Below are positions 20,109 to 29,324 of a stretch of 64,000 nt of DNA, piece after piece. The notes beneath the pieces were generated by a model. That model was not told the origin of the DNA. It was given only the letters and a program-made list of their open reading frames with translations, and made no database searches. Every line of letters begins with the position of its first letter. Position 1 is the stretch's first letter. The stretch is from Longimicrobiales bacterium (GTDB lineage Bacteria; Gemmatimonadota; Gemmatimonadetes; Longimicrobiales; Gaopeijiaceae), in contig CBDFIQ010000002.1 in the NCBI GenBank assembly GCA_965248195.1, forward strand, positions 3,072,001 to 3,136,000, given 5' to 3'. A program made the translations under genes and the position numbers.

Positions 20109-21452
20109 ATGCGCGTCGCTTTTCTCAATCCCCAGGGTAATTTCGATCCGGCGGATTCGTACTGGGCCGGCCATCCGGACTTCGGGGGGCAGCTGGTCTA
20201 CGTAAAAGAAGTCGCTCTGGCCTTGGCCAAACTCGACGTTCAGGTGGACATCGTGACGCGCCGCATGCGCGATCCCGACTGGCCCGAGTTCTCCGGGGAC
20301 GTCGATTATTATGAAGGATTCCCAGACAATCCGAGAATTCTCCGTATCCCCTGCGGCGGCGATTCATTTCTCAACAAAGAGGCGCTCTGGCCCTGCCTGA
20401 GCGAGTTCGTCGACAACCTGCTGGAGCTTTACGGTGTTGACTCCCCCGATTTCATTACCGCCCACTATGCGGACGGCGGCTATTGCGCGGCGTTTCTGCA
20501 GAGCAAGACCGGTCTGGGCTTTTCCTTCACCGGACATTCGTTGGGAGCGCAGAAGATGGACAAGCTCGGCGTTAACCCTGAAAACGCCGCGAAAATGGAA
20601 AAGACCTTCCACTTTTCCAAGCGCATTCATGCCGAGCGGCTCAGCATGGAGCGGGCGTCGACCATCGTTACGTCCACCGGGCAGGAGCGGTTCGAGCAGT
20701 ATTCCCACCCGCTCTATGCAGGCGCGGTGGATGTCGCCGATGACGCACGGTTTGCCGTTATTCCCCCGGGAGTAAACACCCGGGTGTTCAGCATCGAAGA
20801 AAAAACGCGCGACGATGAGGTACTGGATCGGCTCCTCGGGCGAGTGGCAACGTCCCGGCAACCTTACGTCATCGTCTCGAGCCGTCTGGACGCCAAAAAA
20901 AATATTGCCGGCGTGGTCGACGCCTATGTGTCCAATAAAACGTTACAGGAGAGCGCCCGACTCGCGATCGTCATACGGAGCGTGGAAGACCCCTATGCGG
21001 ACATCTCGACGCTGCCCGAGTCGGAACGAGAAGTGCTGCGACCGATTCTGGAAACCATAAAGGGGGCGCAGCTGAGAAACAGTATCGACTTTCTCGATAT
21101 CCGGTCGCAACAGGATCTGGCCAGCGTCTACCGGGTTCTGGCGCGGCGGCGGTCGGTGTTTGCGCTGACCTCGTTTTATGAGCCGTTCGGTCTTGCTCCC
21201 ATCGAGGCGGCTGCCTGCGGGCTTGCGGTGGTCGCCACCCGAAACGGCGGGCCGTCAGAGATCTTCGTCGACGAGGCCGGAGTATTGGTGGACCCGACGG
21301 ATGTTGAGGATATCGCCCGGGGCTTACTCGAGGCTCTGGAGCATTACGAGCGCTTTGCCGAGCGGAGTCGAGACCGTGTGGCTGAGAAGTATACCTGGCA
21401 CGCCACGGCAGCCGGCTACCTGGAGGTGATCGAACGAGGCGCCGGGCTATAG
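20109..21452 (+). CDS. sps: Sucrose-phosphate synthase (GT4, single-domain Halothermothrix type)
   Basis: VAFLNPQGNFDPADSYW..HPDFGGQLVYVKEV, FTGHSLGAQK, SSRLDAKKN and YEPFGLAPIE motifs; no HAD domain. Confidence 0.88.
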   Translation: MRVAFLNPQGNFDPADSYWAGHPDFGGQLVYVKEVALALAKLDVQVDIVTRRMRDPDWPEFSGDVDYYEGFPDNPRILRIPCGGDSFLNKEALWPCLSEFVDNLLELYGVDSPDFITAHYADGGYCAAFLQSKTGLGFSFTGHSLGAQKMDKLGVNPENAAKMEKTFHFSKRIHAERLSMERASTIVTSTGQERFEQYSHPLYAGAVDVADDARFAVIPPGVNTRVFSIEEKTRDDEVLDRLLGRVATSRQPYVIVSSRLDAKKNIAGVVDAYVSNKTLQESARLAIVIRSVEDPYADISTLPESEREVLRPILETIKGAQLRNSIDFLDIRSQQDLASVYRVLARRRSVFALTSFYEPFGLAPIEAAACGLAVVATRNGGPSEIFVDEAGVLVDPTDVEDIARGLLEALEHYERFAERSRDRVAEKYTWHATAAGYLEVIERGAGL

Positions 21453-22748
21453 CCGGCTTTTTGGCTCGGTTCCGAACGGCAGGTACTCGCGAACCTGTCC
21501 GAGCATGTCCCGGCTGACGACAACGACGCCTTTCGACGTGCGATGAAAACGCCGTGCGTCCTCCTCCGCGTCCTCTCCGATCACGGTCCCCGCGGGAACG
21601 TGGCATCCGTTGTCCAGAAGGACGCTTTTAAGCCGCACGTTTTCTCCGATCCTGCATTCCGGAAGCGCGAGAACACCCTGCAGCTCACAGCCTGAGTCTA
21701 CCACGACCTTCGAGAACAAAAGAGATGCCTCCAGCGAAGACTCATGGATCAGGCACCCGCCGCTGACCATGCTGTTTACGGCGTAGCTCGATGCTTCGTC
21801 CTTGAAGCCGACAAAACTTGCCGGAGGCAGCTGCTCCTGGTGGGTCCAGATACGCCAATGGGGATCGTAGAGATTCAACTGAGGGGAAGCACCGATCAGC
21901 TCCATGTTCGCCTCGTAGTACGCGTCGAGCGTTCCTACATCCCGCCAATACACATCCTCGACGGTCGTTTGCTCGGCGAATGAGAAGGCCTGGGCGTGGT
22001 GGCCGTTAGCCACGGCATAGGGAATGAGGTCCTTGCCGAAGTCATGACTGGAGTCTTCCAGCTCCGCGTCGCGTCGCAGCTGCTCGGATAGGTATTCAAA
22101 CGAGAATACGTAAATACCCATACTGACCAGCGCCAGATTCGGATCTTCCGGCGTGCCGGAAGGGTGCTCCGGCTTCTCGTCAAAATCCGTTACAACAAAA
22201 CCGGAATCGACCGTCAAGACGCCAAACTCACTGGCCTCGCTCACCGGGACGGTGGTGCAGACGATGGTCAGGTCGGCATGTGAATCCACGTGTGCAGCAA
22301 GCAGCTCGCCGTAATCCATCTTGTATACGTGATCCCCGGCCAATACGAGAACGTGGTGGGGATGATGGGTTTCGACGATGTCCAGGCTTTGATATACGGC
22401 GTCGGCGGTTCCCTGAAACCAGGATTCTTCCGTCAGCCACTGCTGCGCCGGGATGATGTCGACAAACTGGCCCATCTCATAGTTGAACCTGCTCCATCCG
22501 GTAACGATATGACGGATGAGAGAATGCGATTTGTACTGGGTCAGAACGGCGACTTTCTGGATGCCCGAGTTGACACAATTGGACAACACGAAATCGATGA
22601 TCCGGAATTTTCCGCCAAAGGGTACCGCCGGCTTGGCTCGCCATTCGGTCAACATCTCGAGGCGGGAGCCGCGACCGCCGGCGAGGATAAGCGCGACGGT
22701 GTCGCGGGTGAGCCGGCTGACGAACCGGGAGTGTCTCGTGGGCGTCAC
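21447..22748 (-). CDS. glgC: Glucose-1-phosphate adenylyltransferase (ADP-glucose pyrophosphorylase)
   Basis: [45 protein letters not shown] and YWRDVGT motifs. Confidence 0.96.
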   Translation of the reverse strand: MTPTRHSRFVSRLTRDTVALILAGGRGSRLEMLTEWRAKPAVPFGGKFRIIDFVLSNCVNSGIQKVAVLTQYKSHSLIRHIVTGWSRFNYEMGQFVDIIPAQQWLTEESWFQGTADAVYQSLDIVETHHPHHVLVLAGDHVYKMDYGELLAAHVDSHADLTIVCTTVPVSEASEFGVLTVDSGFVVTDFDEKPEHPSGTPEDPNLALVSMGIYVFSFEYLSEQLRRDAELEDSSHDFGKDLIPYAVANGHHAQAFSFAEQTTVEDVYWRDVGTLDAYYEANMELIGASPQLNLYDPHWRIWTHQEQLPPASFVGFKDEASSYAVNSMVSGGCLIHESSLEASLLFSKVVVDSGCELQGVLALPECRIGENVRLKSVLLDNGCHVPAGTVIGEDAEEDARRFHRTSKGVVVVSRDMLGQVREYLPFGTEPKSRL

Positions 22749-22814
22749 AAAGCGGGTGGCCTCGGCGCCCTCACGATCATTGTCTTCTTCATTGCCTAGC
22801 TCATGAACACACCA

Positions 22815-23657
22815 TCAGCACCCGCTAGCGGGCGCAGGTATCGGCGCCATCCCTGCGTTGCCCAACGCCGTCAAGTCACTTCCCGCAATCCCGACACTGC
22901 CGCAGATCGAGTTGTTGAGCAGTGTGGCACTGCTGCCGTCGACCTGCAAGTCACCCACGACGCGGCTAAACGAAATCCCAGCATTGCTTCCCGGGATCGA
23001 GAGACTGCCGGTGATCCGCGCCCCACGGATGCGATTGCCGCTGCCCTCTACGGTGACGTCGCCGTCGAGCGTGACACTTCCGCCCGTGGGGCCTTCTCCG
23101 AACAGGGTCACGTTGCTTCCCGAGAACTTGAGATCGCCAGTATAGGTGCCCGCACTGAAGAAAACGATCGTGTTGCTTTGGGACAGAGCATTATTGACCT
23201 CGTCGAGCGACATCGACGGGGTAATCTCCACCAACTGGCCGCCCAGCGCATACCCGACATCAGCCATCACGGCCACGGAACCGCCGTCGGACGCAATTGC
23301 CACCTCGCGCAGGTCCTGGTCCGCGATGTCGACGCCAACGTCGTTCCCACCCACCGAGAGCGTTTTGACCCCGGCCACGACCTGGCTCAACACCACGACG
23401 CCACTGGCATCGGTAGATCCCGTAGGGCCTCCCGCCACCAAGACGTTCACGCCCGACTGTGTGGTCCCAGGTGTCGGCACTCCCGCTTGGTTGTCGTCAT
23501 TCACGACCGGGTTGACGAGCACCACGAAGGTGGTCTCGCCGAGCGTGACTTCCGTGCCCGTGGGCTCCGTGCCCGTGTCGTCCCCACATGCAAGGGCGGC
23601 AACCAGGCATGTACTCAGCGCGGCGTGGCGACGCGCGAGGCTCTTCACTATAAACAT
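22815..23657 (-). CDS. Hypothetical lipoprotein with a probable beta-helix C-terminal region
   Basis: ALAC lipobox; GGAGA RBS; repetitive beta-strand pattern after AGTYTG. Confidence 0.7.
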   Translation of the reverse strand: MFIVKSLARRHAALSTCLVAALACGDDTGTEPTGTEVTLGETTFVVLVNPVVNDDNQAGVPTPGTTQSGVNVLVAGGPTGSTDASGVVVLSQVVAGVKTLSVGGNDVGVDIADQDLREVAIASDGGSVAVMADVGYALGGQLVEITPSMSLDEVNNALSQSNTIVFFSAGTYTGDLKFSGSNVTLFGEGPTGGSVTLDGDVTVEGSGNRIRGARITGSLSIPGSNAGISFSRVVGDLQVDGSSATLLNNSICGSVGIAGSDLTALGNAGMAPIPAPASGC

Positions 23658-23753
23658 TAGTGTTTCTCCGTCAGTCGGTTGGAAGCAACAGCACTATTCC
23701 TAGATACCACAGTTGCGCATGCCGGTCACCAAAATCGTGACGACTGTCAGGCG

Positions 23754-23875
23754 GGTCGCGGTTCGTCGGCTCCACCTTGCGAACGGGAAGGGCTTTGGAC
23801 ATCCTCGCAATCCCGCGTACGATGGGGACGGACTTACCATCGCGCTCCGGCGCTAGGCTTGGCCGTGCGTTGCCA
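23754..23875 (+). repeat. 122-bp direct repeat: orphan copy of the 3' end and downstream flank of gene 26219..26806
   Basis: Matches 26704..26825 without gaps; 6 mismatches counted by eye. Confidence 0.92.
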
Positions 23876-23914
23876 AGGCCCACGCTCATGGAGTCGGGTG
23901 CCTAGGGTCCTTAT

Positions 23915-24514
23915 ATGTGTGAACAGGTCCGAGCCACACGTATTGTTGTTGTCGTACTCGTAGCTTGGCTGCTGGTTGCGTTCATAGTCGGCGCGTCGGG
24001 CCGGTTGCAAGGACTCCAACCGCCTGTGCCGCAGCTCGTTCTCGTCGCCCTCACGGTTGCGTTGCTCTTGACGCTCCGATTCGTCGGGCCTGTCCGCCAT
24101 TGGGCCTCAGTCGTGGACGTGCGGTGGCTCGTCGGCGCACATCTCACCCGCTTCGTGGGCATATACTTCCTGGTGTTGTACAACCGTGGTGAGCTGCCTT
24201 ACGCCTTTGCGGTGCCCGGCGGCTGGGGCGACATCATCGTCGCCATGCTCAGGCTGCTGGTGATCGCAACCGGTCCGCCTCAGGGATCGCGTCGACTACT
24301 GTTTCTTATTTGGAATGTCATAGGGTTGCTGGACATTCTCTTCGTCGTGGCCACGGCCACTCGGTTGGCGTTGGGAGATGTCAGTTCGATGGCGCCCTTA
24401 CTGCGCCTACCGCTCAGCCTGCTGCCAACCTTTGTCGTGCCGATCGTCATCGCCACGCACGTGTGGTTGTTCACGAGGCTCATCGGGCCCCAGGAAAACG
24501 AGACCGTCGCTTAG
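23915..24514 (+). CDS. Hypothetical integral membrane protein
   Basis: 5-6 TM segments; HLTRFVG, FAVPGGWGD, WNVIGLLD and LLPTFVVP motifs. Confidence 0.8.
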   Translation: MCEQVRATRIVVVVLVAWLLVAFIVGASGRLQGLQPPVPQLVLVALTVALLLTLRFVGPVRHWASVVDVRWLVGAHLTRFVGIYFLVLYNRGELPYAFAVPGGWGDIIVAMLRLLVIATGPPQGSRRLLFLIWNVIGLLDILFVVATATRLALGDVSSMAPLLRLPLSLLPTFVVPIVIATHVWLFTRLIGPQENETVA

Positions 24515-24678
24515 GACACACGTCCCACGCAAAGGCGATCCCCCGGCACGCGGACCCCGTAAAGCACAACACGGTATACCAGCAGGAGTTGCCCGGAGTG
24601 AGCATGGTGGGGCACCCCAACACGAACGCCGGTATCGACTCCGTGTTGGCACTTTGTCGGGGGGAGGTGTCGAAAGAT

Positions 24679-25266
24679 GTGCGCGTGAACCCGTCAGCGT
24701 TTCGGGCGCTAGACCTTCGCGCGCATCAGCTCCTGTCCGACGCGCCGCTCCACGACGCGTGGTGCTTCCAGCTGCGCGGTGGTGGTCCGGGCATCACCGT
24801 GCGCGATGCGATCGACGTCTTCGTCGAAATTGATGCCTCGAGGGCCGACCCCGCGGCCCGGGTCCTGATTGCTTTGCGCGCAATTATGGGGCGGGCGTTC
24901 GGCTGGGATCGTGAGGTCCCGGGCGCGTCCGCCCGTTCCTACGTCAATCGGCTATCCGCGGAGGACCGTGCGCGCTCACTCGACGCGCCCGGCTCGAAAC
25001 GCGGCTTCTGGACCACCGTGTATGCGTTCGACCGTGAGGCGCTGGGTGAGGTCATCAACCGTACAGTACATGCGTTTCTGCTCTTCGTCCTAGAACCGGC
25101 TCCAGGCGGGTATACCCTGTACTGGGGGATTTATGTCAAGCCGGTAAGTCGATTCACCGCGTTCTACATGGGGCTGATCGACCCCTTTCGGCGGCACCTG
25201 ATCTATCCTCGGCTCATTCGCCGATTTGAGGAGGTCTGGTCCAGAAGGTGGGAAGGCACAGCATGA
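24679..25266 (+). CDS. DUF2867-like protein
   Basis: LSDAPLHD, EVINRTVH and YMGLIDPFRRHLIYP motifs. GTG 24679 has a GGAGGT RBS; start uncertain. Confidence 0.72.
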   Translation: MRVNPSAFRALDLRAHQLLSDAPLHDAWCFQLRGGGPGITVRDAIDVFVEIDASRADPAARVLIALRAIMGRAFGWDREVPGASARSYVNRLSAEDRARSLDAPGSKRGFWTTVYAFDREALGEVINRTVHAFLLFVLEPAPGGYTLYWGIYVKPVSRFTAFYMGLIDPFRRHLIYPRLIRRFEEVWSRRWEGTA

Positions 25267-26222
25267 GGGTCTTTGTCGCTGGTGGGACAGGCGTTATTGG
25301 CCGACGCCTCCTCCCAATGCTGGCACGCGCCGGACATGAGGTGATCGTCCTGACTCGCTCCGTGAGCCGAGCGGAGGAAGTTCGCGCACCTGGAGTTCAA
25401 CCGGTGATGGCCGACGCGTTGGATGCCGCGGGCACGCGTCACGCCGTTATGGAGGCGACACCCGAGGTCGTGATCAACCAATTGACCAACATCCCCAGTC
25501 GGCTCAATCCTCGCCGTATCAAGGACGAGATGGGAGCAACCAACAGACTGCGAATCGAAGCTACACGAACGCTGGTGGAAGCGGCCCAGGCTGCCGGGGC
25601 ACACCGAGTGATCAGTCAGAGTATCTCGTTTGTTTATGACCCCAGGGGCGCAGCACCCGCGACGGAGGACGAACCGCTCCACCATGGCGCTCCCGCAGCT
25701 TTCAGCGACATGGTTCGCGCAATTGACGCGTCCGAGCACACCGTGCTAGACGCCAAAGGGGTCGCGGGCATTGTTCTCCGATACGGCTACTTCTACGGTC
25801 CAGGGACGATCTATGCGGCGGACGGGAGTTTTGCGGAGGATGTTCGCCGTCGCCGAGTGCCGATTGTCGCAGACGGCGAAGGCGTCTGTTCCTTCGTTCA
25901 CATCGACGATGCGGCCGCTGCAACCCTGCTCGCGCTAGAGCAGGGGGAGCCCGGCGCGTACAACGTCGTGGATGATGACCCAGCACCTGTCCGGGACTGG
26001 TTACCGATCTACGCTCAACACATTGGAGCTGCCCGTCCATTTCGGGTGCCGAGACTCATTGGCCGGCTAGGAGCAGGACCCTATGGGCTCTACTTCATGA
26101 CTCAGCAGCGGGGTGCATCTAACGAGAAGGCCAAGAAGCGACTTCGCTGGAAGCCCCGTTATCCGAGCTGGCGAGAAGGTTTCCGGTCGGAGCTGGCCGC
26201 CCCATTGGTCCCCGAATCGTGA
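25263..26222 (+). CDS. NAD-dependent epimerase/dehydratase family protein
   Basis: VAGGTGVIG, LRYGYFYGPG and SFVHIDDAA motifs; ATGA overlap with the upstream gene. Confidence 0.9.
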   Translation: MRVFVAGGTGVIGRRLLPMLARAGHEVIVLTRSVSRAEEVRAPGVQPVMADALDAAGTRHAVMEATPEVVINQLTNIPSRLNPRRIKDEMGATNRLRIEATRTLVEAAQAAGAHRVISQSISFVYDPRGAAPATEDEPLHHGAPAAFSDMVRAIDASEHTVLDAKGVAGIVLRYGYFYGPGTIYAADGSFAEDVRRRRVPIVADGEGVCSFVHIDDAAAATLLALEQGEPGAYNVVDDDPAPVRDWLPIYAQHIGAARPFRVPRLIGRLGAGPYGLYFMTQQRGASNEKAKKRLRWKPRYPSWREGFRSELAAPLVPES

Positions 26223-26806
26223 AGCCTCTACTCTTCGTCGGAATGCACGCGCTCCTCCTGTGTACAGTGCTCAGCGGCCTCGATGCAGAGCCCCTTGCCA
26301 GGCAGGAAGCCCTGCACGAGTACCAGTCGATCAGCCTTGAGATCTTCGGCAGCCAGGATTCGGATCGGGACATCCGCTTGTTTACCGACGGCGTTTCATG
26401 GGGCAGAGAGCTATTCCGAATCTTGTCCGGGCACATCGAGCCCAAGATCGTCTTTACCTCTGGCAACAGAGTGCCCGAGGATGAGCCGACGCCACCTCAG
26501 GAGGCGGACGGATTAGGGGTCGGTGCATCTGGTCTACTGCGATGGAGCCCCATTCGCATATGGGTTCTCGAGCCTCACGTCGAAGCCAGCACGGGGATGG
26601 TATTCACGACGGAGGAGTTTCCGCCGAGCGGAACGATCTGGAACTTCTGGAGCCGATGGGGAGCCGGTATATCGATCTGGCTAAGCGATGATGTTGCGCT
26701 CTTGGTCGCGGTTCGTCGGCTCCACCTTTCGAACTGGAAGGGCTTTGGACATCCCCGTAATCCCTCGTACGATGGGGACGGACTTACCATCGCGCTCCAG
26801 CGCTAG
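26219..26806 (+). CDS. Acyloxyacyl hydrolase / PagL-like outer-membrane beta-barrel
   Basis: Signal peptide; FPPSGTIWNF; HLSN catalytic motif; HPRNP. Confidence 0.7.
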   Translation: MKPLLFVGMHALLLCTVLSGLDAEPLARQEALHEYQSISLEIFGSQDSDRDIRLFTDGVSWGRELFRILSGHIEPKIVFTSGNRVPEDEPTPPQEADGLGVGASGLLRWSPIRIWVLEPHVEASTGMVFTTEEFPPSGTIWNFWSRWGAGISIWLSDDVALLVAVRRLHLSNWKGFGHPRNPSYDGDGLTIALQR

Positions 26807-26997
26807 GCTTGGCCGTGCGTTGCCATCGGCCCGGCGCTCTGGCGAGGGGATTCACGGAAAAAGACCTTTGAAATCCCTATCCCTGGGCCGATACTCAAAG
26901 TAGGGGCGTCCCTCAAGAAGCCCGGCGACTAGCCAATCGGACGCCCACCGCTTCGAGGCTCGGCTGGAGCCTTTGATCTCGCACCGGACGAATCGAC

Positions 26998-28323
26998 ATG
27001 CGCGCCACCCGCCGGAGTCTCGGACCGTTCCTGGTCCTTGCGATGCTCTTCTTCGGCACCTCCTGCTCGGATGGTTCGAGCAACCCGACGGACGCGGGAC
27101 CCGGGACCGAACAACCCCTCCAGACGCTTTCGGCGGTAGTAGAGAGGCTACCGGGCAGCCGGAATTTCAGCCCCGACGGTACGTGGTGGGGCTACAACAT
27201 GAGCAAAGTCGTTCGCCGCGGAGATTTCGTCTTCACGTATGTCATCGAGAACGACGACAATCCGTCCACCTACTCGACGTTCAGGATCTACGTGAAGGAA
27301 GGCGACGGACCCTGGACGGCGGGAGCCGGCTTCAACACGACGCGGCCGGGCAACATCCTTGTGGACTCGAACGGTGCCCTTCATGCGTTTGTCTTCGAGG
27401 CCACGGACATCGATCTGAACGACTCCGTCGGGAAGCTCCACCACTACACACTGGCCGGCGCGAGTATCGGAGACATTACCGGTTTCGCGCACGAGGTCGT
27501 CGTCGACCACGTGGCCGGAGACGAGACTGTCAATATGCGGGTCGGGGCAGCCATCGGTGCCGACAACCAGATGGTCCTCGCGTTCGGCCTGGGGACCGAC
27601 GCGGACGGCGACACCGAGCAGGTCCTCACAAAGACCGTCGGGGGTGCGGGCTGGGCGCAGGAAGCCGCCGGGACCCAACTCGGGCACGAATTCTACTACC
27701 CGTTGGTGGCGGTCAACTCCGTAGGAGCGATCGGCATTCTTCCCATCCAGGACGACTTCGAGGGGGTCGGGAATCCGAACACCTACCAGATCATCCGCTT
27801 CTTCGAGAGGAGCGGTTCCACGTGGTCGGCCGAGAGCGTCGTAGATCACACGTCCCAGGCCCTGGCCTCCACGCGTCCGCGTCTCCTGGAGCAGAGCGAT
27901 CTTTACGTCGATGCCAGCGACGGCGTGCACATCCTCTACAAGGAATACCTGGCTGCGGATGGTGGAACCACGTCCTCAATCAAGCACCTGACTGGCTCTA
28001 TTGGGTCGTGGACGACCCGCACGATCGACCCCGGCATGCTCAACCTCAACTGGTTGAAGATGATCGAGGTCGGTGGGACCAGGTATCTGGTCGGATCGAG
28101 CCACGACCGCTTGTACATGATGAACGAGGCCGCCACGACGTACCGTGAGGTCGCCCTGCCTTCCGGCATGTCCGGCATCTACCTCTACGTCGCCACTCGG
28201 CAGGGCGGCACATCGGATGCGGAGCCGTACGTGGACATCCTCCTGCTCAACGGGAACGGTGGAAACTACCCGGACGCCGCGAACTACTACGTGCGGATCG
28301 CGAAGGCGGATCTGACGTTCTGA
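26998..28323 (+). CDS. Hypothetical lipoprotein (probable beta-propeller)
   Basis: GTSC lipobox; long ORF with high-GC codon usage; beta-rich. Confidence 0.72.
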   Translation: MRATRRSLGPFLVLAMLFFGTSCSDGSSNPTDAGPGTEQPLQTLSAVVERLPGSRNFSPDGTWWGYNMSKVVRRGDFVFTYVIENDDNPSTYSTFRIYVKEGDGPWTAGAGFNTTRPGNILVDSNGALHAFVFEATDIDLNDSVGKLHHYTLAGASIGDITGFAHEVVVDHVAGDETVNMRVGAAIGADNQMVLAFGLGTDADGDTEQVLTKTVGGAGWAQEAAGTQLGHEFYYPLVAVNSVGAIGILPIQDDFEGVGNPNTYQIIRFFERSGSTWSAESVVDHTSQALASTRPRLLEQSDLYVDASDGVHILYKEYLAADGGTTSSIKHLTGSIGSWTTRTIDPGMLNLNWLKMIEVGGTRYLVGSSHDRLYMMNEAATTYREVALPSGMSGIYLYVATRQGGTSDAEPYVDILLLNGNGGNYPDAANYYVRIAKADLTF

Positions 28324-29324
28324 GTGTGACCCGATACGTGCGAGAGGCCACGCTCTCGCGCCTGACCGTCGCCGCCGTTTGGCTCCACCCACCCTACCTT
28401 GGGCTACCGTTCTAGGCGCACCGTCACCACATTAGGCCGCGCAACAGAGCCGGAGGCACGTAGTGCGTGCCGGAGACGACTGAGTACCACGAAGCGAGCG
28501 CAGATCAATCGCAAGTCCGTTGGACAACGGGCGTGTGAGAAACTGACAGAGGGGCACCGGACACAGTGGACGTCATCGCCATACTGGCAATCGCACTGGC
28601 ACTGGTTGCTTATGGACTGATCAGCCGGAAGATCGAAGGTTCGATCCTGACCGGGCCGATATTGTTTACCGTGTTCGGGCTGGTCGCGGGTCCTGCCACG
28701 TTGGGGCTGATACCGCTGCAGATGGGCAACGAAGCACTGCATCTGCTGGCAGAGGTCACCTTGATTCTGGTGCTGTTTTCCGACGCGGCCAACATCGACC
28801 TGGCCCAGCTGCGTCGCGACCATGACCTACCCGTCCGCATGCTGCTGGTTGGTATGCCATTGACGATTGCCCTTGGGGCCGTGGCCGCCTGGCTGCTTTT
28901 CGACGGCTTCGGACTCTGGGAGGCAGCGTTACTGGCGGCGATTCTCGCACCCACCGATGCTGCGCTCGGTCAGGCGGTCGTTTCCAATCGGCTCGTGCCG
29001 GTGCGAATACGCCAGGCGCTCAACGTTGAAAGCGGCCTCAACGACGGCATCGCCCTTCCCTTTGTCTTGATTTTTGCAGCGTTCGCAAGCGCCATGCATG
29101 CGGAAACCGTTGCTAGTGAGTGGCTCTTGTTCGGCGCCAAACAGGTCGTATTCGGCCCGCCTGCCGGTGTCGCGGTCGGTTATGTGGGCGCGAAACTCGT
29201 GGCACGGTGCCATCGCAGGCAATGGATGTCGGAGGGTGCCGAAGGCATGATCGCTTTAGGCCTGGCCTTCGGCGCATTCGCACTGGCCGAGGTGGTCCAG
29301 GGCAATGGCTTCATAGCCGCATTC

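Noticed and set aside
24570..24583. CACGGTATACC as another activator site
   Set aside because: The right half-site is broken and no correctly spaced -24/-12 box follows.
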